A stretch of 35,433 nt of DNA from Candidatus Woesearchaeota archaeon (GTDB taxonomy: Archaea > Nanobdellota > Nanobdellia > SCGC-AAA011-G17 > GW2011-AR17): contig RFJO01000038.1 of NCBI GenBank assembly GCA_003694495.1, positions 1 to 35,433 of the forward strand, given 5' to 3'. The translations under genes and the position numbers were made by a program. Positions 7,455-14,492 of this stretch are shown here, piece after piece. Position 1 is the first letter of the stretch; each line of letters starts with the position of its first letter. The notes under the pieces were generated by a model. That model saw only the letters and a program-made list of their open reading frames with translations. It was not told where the DNA came from and did not search any database.

Positions 7455-10400
7455 TTATACCGGTGGCTGGAGTTGCGTGCGTAGGAAAATTGTTGAAGAC
7501 ATTTCGTTGTCGTGAACATCTTTGCAGGTTAGGTAGATTTTTTCTGTAAGAGGGTCAACATTGATTGAAACAATTTGTGATGTGGGAAGCTGGGAGTAGT
7601 CTTCGTTGTTGGTTGAGTAGGAACATGAAGCGTCTTCGTTAAGCATAACCTCAAGTAATGCGCCAGTGTAAGATAATCCAGTAATCTCTGGAGGTTCAGT
7701 GTCAATATCTACTGTAAAAGAAAGGTTTTCCCGTGCTACATTGTTAGCAATGTCCCTGCATTCTATAATGTAATCATACTGTTGTTTTGTTAAGCCTGAT
7801 AAAACCTGGGTGTGGTAAGTTGAGTTTGTGTTAAAAAACTCAATGTTGTTGTAGTAACAGATTGATTTGCCGTTTAACGCGCCCTTGGCAGTTTTAACTT
7901 GCAAAGTAATGTTGGATGAATAAATTGTGCCTGACGGGGAAAGCGCTGTGATAATGAGAGGCTCGGCTTTGCTGGCGCGCCAAATGTAACTTTCAGAGTT
8001 TTCGTTTCTTACTTGTGAATTCTCTGGCTCGTCACGGCACCTGAAATAATATGTGTTTAAGCCGTCCCTTACTGGAAGTTTTACCTGGCACTCGGCGTAC
8101 TTTGAGTAAATGCTGTCAGGCGGCATTTCTGCACAGGTCATGTTTAACGGCATCTGGTCGAACGGCATGTCCTGGGTTGAGGCGCGGCAGGAAAACGGCG
8201 AGACTTCGTCTACAACTAAAGTTAAACTGGTTTCGTTTGCGTTGGCTGCAACGTAGCCCATGTCTGGTATAGAAGATGAGATTAGCCTTGGCGGTTCTAA
8301 GTCTGGCGCTCTGTCAGTTGAAAATTCTATGACGTAAGGTGGAGATCTTTTGTCGTCTTTAGGGTTGCCGTTGGCGTCTTTACAGATAACATAAAACTTA
8401 TAATCTGTTGCAGGCTGGAGGTTGCCAATGTAGTAGTTGTGGACTTTGTCAAAGTAACTTTCGTTGAAGCGTAAGCTTAAATCGTTAAAAGTGTACTTAA
8501 GTTCTTTGTCAAGCTTGCACATGGACGGTTCGTTGGTTTGTATGCCAAAGTATAGCTTGGAAAAGGCTGGAAGTTTTTTGCTGCCGATAAGATAACCGTT
8601 TTGTTTTTCCACAATGCTGTAGTCTGTGGTAATATCTTTGCCTTGATAAGTTAGCTTGAACGCCTCATTCCATGGGGTTATGATGGGTTTGTTAACATCG
8701 TTCGGGTCGGCTGCTATGCATTTTGGGCGAGATGTGCCTTCGTTTTCTTTAATGAACTTGCAACCTGCGCCCAGGGACATGCATTTGTATTCAGAGCACG
8801 GGCTCATCGGGTCTTCGTCGCATTTTGCACAATTGTCGCTGCCGGGGGGAGGTTGCCAAAGCTTGCACTCGGTTGTGACAGTGCGTTTTTGGTATTTCCT
8901 GAAAACGATTTCTGTTAACACTATGTAAAGTGTTACCAAAGCGCCGATGCCGGACACCCAGGAGGCAGCGCTGCTTGCTGCACTAGTGCCAATGGCTTTT
9001 AATATTAAGCCTGTAAGCTGGACAGTTATACCGATGCCTTTTGTTATTGCCTGGGCGATCTTTTTGTCTTTGTAAACATCTTCTGCGTTCAAGTTAGATA
9101 AATATAACTCTTTGTTTGCTTTATGCCATACTTCTTCAAACGCTCCAGCCATGGTTTGGTCAACTTGCATTTTGGGTTCTTCTGATTGACGGTTGTAGTA
9201 GGATGACTGGAACGATTTTCCCCTGTCAAAAATTATGTCCCAGCCTTGGTAAGAATGGTCCCAGCTGCGTAGGAAACCTTCTTTTGAAAAACCGCCAATG
9301 TAATTATAATGTGCGCCGCAATCGCCTATGCTTCTGCAATAGTTGTTCTGTTCTTTGATATAATCGTTACTGAAACATTCACAGTTGCCTTCTTTTACGC
9401 AAGACCATTTCCAGTTGGTGTAAATCATTTTGGTGAAAACGGTTGTGCATTTCTTGGTGGCAGTGCTGCATGTTTGGTCTGATGCTGTTTGCGTTGTGGC
9501 AGATTTGGTTTGTTTTTGCGGGTTCCAAAACCTGAACCCTGGCGGGTGCTGCGGGATGCATGTGCCAGAGTTTTCGTCGCCTGCCCAGAAACAGTCCCTT
9601 AAGTCTGACCTTTCACAACATTCTTTGTCAAGCTTCATTGCCAAAGCAATATCTTCAGGGCTTGTTTTGTCTTTGGCTGTGTTACATATAGTGGTGCAAT
9701 CTTTCCAACGGTTTTCTTTGCAGGCAGCTTCACTAAACAAGTAGTTCTGGGCAGTGGCAGAAATTTTGCCCTCAGCGGTTTCTTTAATGCCTGTGTTTAG
9801 TGTCTCGTAAACGTCTGATTGTAAACAAACCTCTTCACGGAAATCTTTGCATGGTTCTACTATTTCTTCACCGTTAATGCAAATGTGACGGTAATGCCTG
9901 GAACCAGGAAGGTCTAACGACGGGCCAATTGCGCCGTCAAACTCGCACCAACTTTCGCCGTTGATCCTTCTACCGCCGTCACCTTCAACTACAGGGTTGT
10001 CCCAAGTGGTGGGGCAGTCTAAACTTTTGCAAACATAATCGCCGTCTTGAGTTTGGCCGCATAATGTGCCCTTGGCATAATCACAATCTTCTGCAACTCC
10101 TTCAGGATTTCCACAGGAGTCAAACCAGTAAACGTCGTCAGTGCCGTCAAGGCAACCTTTGTACGAGTGAGCCTTGCATTGTTCGCATGGCAAGTTGTTG
10201 TTTGAACAAAATAAACCTTCATAAAACCCTTCCCCACCAATGCCGTCCTGCATGTTGCATGTTGCACGCGACGTCCAAACACATTCTTCGTTGGCAGACT
10301 TGACACAACAGCCCCTGTCAGCCTGGCGGCAAATGTCTGAGCATTCTTGCTCGGACTTGGATTGTCGGAAGTCTTTGCTAAGCTCCGGGTAGTCTAGAAG

Positions 10401-10796
10401 AATGTTGTTGCATTTTTTTTCTGTAACATACGCACAACTTGCACCTGCTAACACACAACAACCCTTGTTGCATTCTTTTACTGAGTCGCATGTTGCGTCA
10501 GGGTTCCATGTGTAACCTGCGTTCTCGCACGCTGCCTGTGATGTCTGCTTTGAACATGATCCGTCAGGGGAAATGCAACAGCCTAACTTGCAAAAAGACG
10601 TGTCTTCACATTTTTGATAGTTGGCAACTTTGTAAGAGTCGTCGCATTGAGATGAAGAAGTGTAAACACAACTTTCACCGGATAAAGTTTGCTCGCAACA
10701 TGCTTTGCCATCATCTTCTGCAGTTACAGGAAGTAAGTAAACAGTGAAAGTAATACTAATAACTAGGTAAATCATGAACAATGCTTTAAGCTTCAT
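7455..10796 (-). CDS. giant cysteine-rich surface protein, paralog B (1113 aa), unknown family
   Basis: ATG start, with signal peptide MKLKALFMIYLVISITFTVYLLPVTA followed by EDD. It has four [GA]CC-x6-8-C-x7-9-C modules, a conserved Cys core, a hydrophobic hairpin (aa 580-632), a post-hairpin Cys cluster (CKLWQPPPGSDNCAKCDEDPMSPCSEYKCMSLGAGC) and four Cys-pair repeat modules. I counted about 66 Cys by hand. It is clearly paralogous to 10834-14220. Confidence 0.85.
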   Translation of the reverse strand: MKLKALFMIYLVISITFTVYLLPVTAEDDGKACCEQTLSGESCVYTSSSQCDDSYKVANYQKCEDTSFCKLGCCISPDGSCSKQTSQAACENAGYTWNPDATCDSVKECNKGCCVLAGASCAYVTEKKCNNILLDYPELSKDFRQSKSEQECSDICRQADRGCCVKSANEECVWTSRATCNMQDGIGGEGFYEGLFCSNNNLPCEQCKAHSYKGCLDGTDDVYWFDSCGNPEGVAEDCDYAKGTLCGQTQDGDYVCKSLDCPTTWDNPVVEGDGGRRINGESWCEFDGAIGPSLDLPGSRHYRHICINGEEIVEPCKDFREEVCLQSDVYETLNTGIKETAEGKISATAQNYLFSEAACKENRWKDCTTICNTAKDKTSPEDIALAMKLDKECCERSDLRDCFWAGDENSGTCIPQHPPGFRFWNPQKQTKSATTQTASDQTCSTATKKCTTVFTKMIYTNWKWSCVKEGNCECFSNDYIKEQNNYCRSIGDCGAHYNYIGGFSKEGFLRSWDHSYQGWDIIFDRGKSFQSSYYNRQSEEPKMQVDQTMAGAFEEVWHKANKELYLSNLNAEDVYKDKKIAQAITKGIGITVQLTGLILKAIGTSAASSAASWVSGIGALVTLYIVLTEIVFRKYQKRTVTTECKLWQPPPGSDNCAKCDEDPMSPCSEYKCMSLGAGCKFIKENEGTSRPKCIAADPNDVNKPIITPWNEAFKLTYQGKDITTDYSIVEKQNGYLIGSKKLPAFSKLYFGIQTNEPSMCKLDKELKYTFNDLSLRFNESYFDKVHNYYIGNLQPATDYKFYVICKDANGNPKDDKRSPPYVIEFSTDRAPDLEPPRLISSSIPDMGYVAANANETSLTLVVDEVSPFSCRASTQDMPFDQMPLNMTCAEMPPDSIYSKYAECQVKLPVRDGLNTYYFRCRDEPENSQVRNENSESYIWRASKAEPLIITALSPSGTIYSSNITLQVKTAKGALNGKSICYYNNIEFFNTNSTYHTQVLSGLTKQQYDYIIECRDIANNVARENLSFTVDIDTEPPEITGLSYTGALLEVMLNEDASCSYSTNNEDYSQLPTSQIVSINVDPLTEKIYLTCKDVHDNEMSSTIFLRTQLQPPV
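8901..9059 (-). other. hydrophobic hairpin region of paralog B
   Basis: IAQAITKGIGITVQLTGLILKAIGTSAASSAASWVSGIGALVTLYIVLTEIVF. The second helix is clearly hydrophobic, while the first is weaker and amphipathic. Confidence 0.5.
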
Positions 10797-10818
10797 TGAG
10801 AAATATAATAGAAAGAGA

Positions 10819-10826
10819 TATTTAAA
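10819..10826 (-). promoter_or_regulatory. TATA-box-like element upstream of giant paralog B
   Basis: The minus strand reads TTTAAATA 23-30 nt upstream of the ATG at 10796, inside the 37-nt gap between paralogs A and B. Confidence 0.45.
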
Positions 10827-10833
10827 TGCTTTA

Positions 10834-13800
10834 CTATGAACCTATTGTCTTAACATTTGATGGAGTAGAAGTTGGAGCGTTTGGAATGGTGGGTAAGACG
10901 GATTTTTTTACAACTTTAATCCTTGGCAAGTAAGGTACAATGTTTACCGGGTTCATGATGTTGTCAAACAAGTCTTTACAAATTAAAGTGTAACTCCCTT
11001 CACCGGATAAAGAATGAATATCAGAGTTTATCGCAGAAGTTTTGCCTTGCCCGAAAACAAAGCTTGAGTTCATGTACTCGCACGTGGCTGGCTCGTTTAG
11101 TTTTACTATAATATTATCTCCGGATTTTTTTAACGATGTTACAAAGGGTGCGTCATAGTCTCTTATTGAGGTGAAGTTGATTTCAGTTAGTGCAACGTTT
11201 TCAACGTAGTCAGTGCAACGAATGTTGAAGTTGTATTGCCCTGGGGGAAGGTCAGTGAAAACGTTTTCATTTTTTGAAGTGTTTGTCACGCCGAACGCGC
11301 CCGAGACTTTATCACTGTCGTAAGTGCATGAAGCTGTGCCGTCAGCGCCGCCGGAAACCTGTACGAACATCGTGATGTTTTTATCGTACAATTCGCCTGA
11401 AGGACCTTTTGCAATGATTTCCAATGGAGGGGTTTTCTCAAACTGTACAACGTAACTTTCAGTGTTGGTGTTAGGTTCAGAGTTGACAGGGTGGTCCTGG
11501 CAACGGATGTAGTAAGTGTTTGCGCCTTCGCTAACGTTTACTAATGCGGCGCAGTAGTTGTAGGATGAGTAAAGTGACTCTGGAGGGTTTTGCGCGCAGC
11601 CCATCTCTGTTTCCATTAATTCGTAATCTTGATCATGGGTGGAGATCTTACAATCAAACTCTGAAACTTCGTCAACATAAACCATTATTGGTGTGCTGTT
11701 TTTATTATGTGCAATCTTGTTGTTTTTTGGAAGGTAAGTTGAAACTATGTAAGGCACGTCAAGGTCGGGAGAGTTGTCGGTCTTGAACTCTATAATGTAC
11801 GGCGTAACGTATTCGTCGTCTTTAGGGTTAGGCTGGCTGTCCCTGCAGGCGATGTAAAACTTGTACTCTGTGTCCGGCTGAAGGTTGTTGTATGTGATGT
11901 TATGAACACTGTCGTAAAACGTGTCTGGCATAGGAGATGTGTAGTCGGTGAAAAGGTATTTGTCTTTAAACTCGGTTGTGTAATAACACTGTGAAGGTTC
12001 ATTGGTTTGAATGCCGAAGGATACTTTTGAAAAGGCTGGAACCTCTGGATTTATTTTGTAGCCTGATGGTGTAGATGAGATTGTGTACTGTTGGGTTATA
12101 TCGTTGCGTTTTGAAACAACTTTTAATGATTCAGGGTGAGGTTTGATGACGGGTTTTTCAACATCTTTTGGATTAGCGTTAATACAGGTTTCCCTGCCAG
12201 TGCCTTCGTTTTCTGCAATGAAACGACAGTTTGCGCCCAGTGACCTGCAACGGTATTCCGAGCAAGGCTTCATTGGGTTTTCGTCGCATTTTGAACAATC
12301 GTCGCCGCCTGGAGGAGGTTGCCATGGCTGGCAGGTTACTGTTACTGTTCTGTCTTCTGTTTCTGGCCAGGTGAAAGCAATTGTTAGTGCTGCTATAATC
12401 ACTCCGATGGCAGCAATAACCCATCCAATAACAGGTATTGATGCAGAAACCAATACCGGGGCAGCTATAGCTTCTAAAATTGCAACGTATGCTACCATGC
12501 CCAATCCAACTAAAGCAATAGTCCCACCAATAACGCCTCCAGATATTGCTCCTTCATAGCCTCTTATACCACCTAATTTGCCCCAATAATCTTGCATACT
12601 AAACTTACCAAAATCAAGAGCATTGCCTGCCTGTTTCCATTTTTCCAAAAAGTTTCCGGCCATTTCTTCATCTACTCTAATTTTTGGATTACCAACTGGA
12701 TCTTTTTCCCATGTTCTAATTGAACCATCATTAGTAAATTTCCCTAAATAATTATAATGTGCGCCGCAATCTCCAAGGCTTCTACAGAACTGGTTCCTTG
12801 TTTGCAAAAACTCATCTTTGTAAACATCACAGTTATTTTTGCATTCCCATTTTGACGTAACATCTAATTTTTTCCTACCCCACTTTGCTTTCGCTTCATA
12901 AGTTCCTTTTTCGCATTCTTCAACTGCACTTGCGTCAGGAGTTTGCTGGTTTTCATCATCAGACCAAAACTTTAACCCTGGAGCAACTAATGGGATGCAA
13001 AGACCATTATTTTCATCTTCACTAATCCATTCACAATCCCTTAAATCACTCCGTTCACAACATTGCTTATCTTCTTTCATTCTAATCTTTTGTTCTTCTT
13101 CATCTTTTGCATCTTTAGCAGTGTTGCAGGTAGTGGTACAATCTTTCCATCTGTTTGGTTTACATTGCGCAACTTTCATTTCTCCTTGAGGCGCATCTGT
13201 GGCAGTTATCGAAGTACAAATCTCTTCCCTGTAATCTTTACACGGCTCAACAATCTCTTGACCGTTAATGCAAATGTGACGATAATGCCTGGAACCAACC
13301 ACGTCAAAAGTTGGGCCAACCTTTGCATCATAAGAACACCAACTTTCGCCATTCAACCTTGTTTTACCGTTTTGAGGGTCAGTAGATGTTGGGTCTTCCC
13401 AGGTAGTGATACAGTTTACACTTTTACAGTAAGCTTCTTCATGAAACGAGTCCGCTTCACTGCAAATTGAACTTTTGTAAGTGTAATCACAATCTTCTGC
13501 AACATCTTCTGGGTTACCACAGGAGTCAAACCAGTAAACGTCTTCTTCACCGTCAAGGCAACCTTTTCTGTAATGCCTTTCACATTCGCAGTTTAAGTTT
13601 TGGTTAGAACAGAAAACGTCTTTATAGAACCCGTTACCGCCAACACCGTCAGGCAACCCGCAATTTCCTCTCGTGCCCCATGTGCAGCTATCATCTTTAA
13701 CACAACACCCCCTGTCGGCTGAACGGCAAATTGCAGTGCACTCAAACTCTGAGCCCGACTGCCTAAAATCTTTATCAAGCTCAGGGTAATTTTCTAGCAT

Positions 13801-14220
13801 AATATCGCACCTTTGTTCTGTCACGTAAGAACAAGTTGCACCGCCAAGAACGCAACAACCTTTCTTGCATTCTTGTACAGAGGAACATTCCGCGTCAGCC
13901 ACCCATTTGAACCCTTGCAGTTCGCAAGCAGCTTTAGAAGTCTGTTTTGAACATGATCCTTCGTCAGTAACACAACAACCTAATGCGCAGTAAGTTGTAT
14001 CTTCACATTTCTTGAACGTCTCAATATTATAATCCTGGTTGCAGTTTTCAACTGAAGTGTAAACGCAATTGTCTCCAGATATAGTTTGCTCACAACAGGC
14101 CATGTCTTTTAACTCTTCCTCAGCTGAAACTTCTTTCAAAGCTACACCCGAAATGAATGTTAAGCTTATTATAAGATAAATCATAAAAACAGCTTTTTCT
14201 TTTATCAACCCTTTTTTCAT
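10834..14220 (-). CDS. giant cysteine-rich surface protein, paralog A (1128 aa), unknown family
   Basis: ATG start 21-30 nt downstream of a TTTTAAATTT box. The signal peptide is ...MIYLIISLTFISGVALKEVSA followed by EEE. The block order matches paralog B (ACCEQTISGDNC..., DVYWFDSCGNPEDVAEDCDY, GSRHYRHICINGQEIVEPCKDYREEIC, CRSLGDCGAHYNYLG). There are two strong TM helices (aa 558-617), then CQPWQPPPGGDDCSKCDENPMKPCSEYRCRSLGANC, followed by four repeat modules. Confidence 0.85.
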   Translation of the reverse strand: MKKGLIKEKAVFMIYLIISLTFISGVALKEVSAEEELKDMACCEQTISGDNCVYTSVENCNQDYNIETFKKCEDTTYCALGCCVTDEGSCSKQTSKAACELQGFKWVADAECSSVQECKKGCCVLGGATCSYVTEQRCDIMLENYPELDKDFRQSGSEFECTAICRSADRGCCVKDDSCTWGTRGNCGLPDGVGGNGFYKDVFCSNQNLNCECERHYRKGCLDGEEDVYWFDSCGNPEDVAEDCDYTYKSSICSEADSFHEEAYCKSVNCITTWEDPTSTDPQNGKTRLNGESWCSYDAKVGPTFDVVGSRHYRHICINGQEIVEPCKDYREEICTSITATDAPQGEMKVAQCKPNRWKDCTTTCNTAKDAKDEEEQKIRMKEDKQCCERSDLRDCEWISEDENNGLCIPLVAPGLKFWSDDENQQTPDASAVEECEKGTYEAKAKWGRKKLDVTSKWECKNNCDVYKDEFLQTRNQFCRSLGDCGAHYNYLGKFTNDGSIRTWEKDPVGNPKIRVDEEMAGNFLEKWKQAGNALDFGKFSMQDYWGKLGGIRGYEGAISGGVIGGTIALVGLGMVAYVAILEAIAAPVLVSASIPVIGWVIAAIGVIIAALTIAFTWPETEDRTVTVTCQPWQPPPGGDDCSKCDENPMKPCSEYRCRSLGANCRFIAENEGTGRETCINANPKDVEKPVIKPHPESLKVVSKRNDITQQYTISSTPSGYKINPEVPAFSKVSFGIQTNEPSQCYYTTEFKDKYLFTDYTSPMPDTFYDSVHNITYNNLQPDTEYKFYIACRDSQPNPKDDEYVTPYIIEFKTDNSPDLDVPYIVSTYLPKNNKIAHNKNSTPIMVYVDEVSEFDCKISTHDQDYELMETEMGCAQNPPESLYSSYNYCAALVNVSEGANTYYIRCQDHPVNSEPNTNTESYVVQFEKTPPLEIIAKGPSGELYDKNITMFVQVSGGADGTASCTYDSDKVSGAFGVTNTSKNENVFTDLPPGQYNFNIRCTDYVENVALTEINFTSIRDYDAPFVTSLKKSGDNIIVKLNEPATCEYMNSSFVFGQGKTSAINSDIHSLSGEGSYTLICKDLFDNIMNPVNIVPYLPRIKVVKKSVLPTIPNAPTSTPSNVKTIGS
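12370..12549 (-). other. two-helix transmembrane hairpin of paralog A
   Basis: AISGGVIGGTIALVGLGMVAYVAILEAIAAPVLVSASIPVIGWVIAAIGVIIAALTIAF forms two ~22-25 residue hydrophobic stretches joined by a short turn. Confidence 0.7.
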
Positions 14221-14240
14221 TAGTTGTATTAAGTTTTAGT

Positions 14241-14250
14241 AAATTTAAAA
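14241..14250 (-). promoter_or_regulatory. TATA-box-like element upstream of giant paralog A
   Basis: The minus strand reads TTTTAAATTT 21-30 nt upstream of the ATG at 14220. This spacing fits a leaderless or near-leaderless archaeal transcript. Confidence 0.45.
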
Positions 14251-14258
14251 GCTTTTTG

Positions 14259-14492
14259 TTACTTTTTAATAAACTTAAATATTGAACATGAATAGTATAG
14301 ATGCATTAACAATAAAACTACTAAGGCGTAAATTAAGTTTGAGTGAATCTTGAATGATAAGGATTTGGTGAGCAGGCCAAATGTGATGGATTCTATAAAT
14401 CTATATTGAGTTATCCCAAAGCCGGTTATTATATACAATACTATGACTGCCAAAAGCAAATGCGCTGAGATTAGTCTTAACTTTTTTTTCAT
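14259..14492 (-). CDS. small two-helix membrane protein (77 aa) with three His, possible redox partner of the upstream molybdoenzyme domain
   Basis: The start overlaps the stop of 14489-15127 by 4 nt (ATGA). Two hydrophobic helices are LISAHLLLAVIVLYIITGFGI and IHSNLIYALVVLLLMHLYYSCSIF, with His residues inside or at their edges. Confidence 0.5.
   Translation of the reverse strand: MKKKLRLISAHLLLAVIVLYIITGFGITQYRFIESITFGLLTKSLSFKIHSNLIYALVVLLLMHLYYSCSIFKFIKK

Noticed and set aside
3624-13470. Many 60-140 aa plus-strand ORFs inside the three giant minus-strand genes, for example 3624-4022, 9430-9744, 12143-12559 and 13063-13470.
   Set aside because: The minus-strand reading frames are uninterrupted for 3.3-4.0 kb and conserved between the three paralogs. 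The plus-strand ORFs are not conserved between paralogs and mostly start at non-ATG codons.
2639-14220. Naming the giant proteins as S-layer proteins, cadherin/PKD/fibronectin adhesins, or HAP2/fusexin-like fusogens.
   Set aside because: I see no diagnostic motif of any of these families. The C-terminal modules only behave like generic beta-sandwich repeats, and no PGF-CTERM or C-terminal anchor is present. Any such name would be invention without profile or structure searches.
1-14220. An apparent higher G+C content in the giant-gene region, considered as evidence for horizontal transfer.
   Set aside because: This rests only on eyeballing a few lines, and heavy use of Cys, Gly, Pro and Ala codons could explain it. 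It needs a proper windowed GC and codon-usage calculation before any claim.
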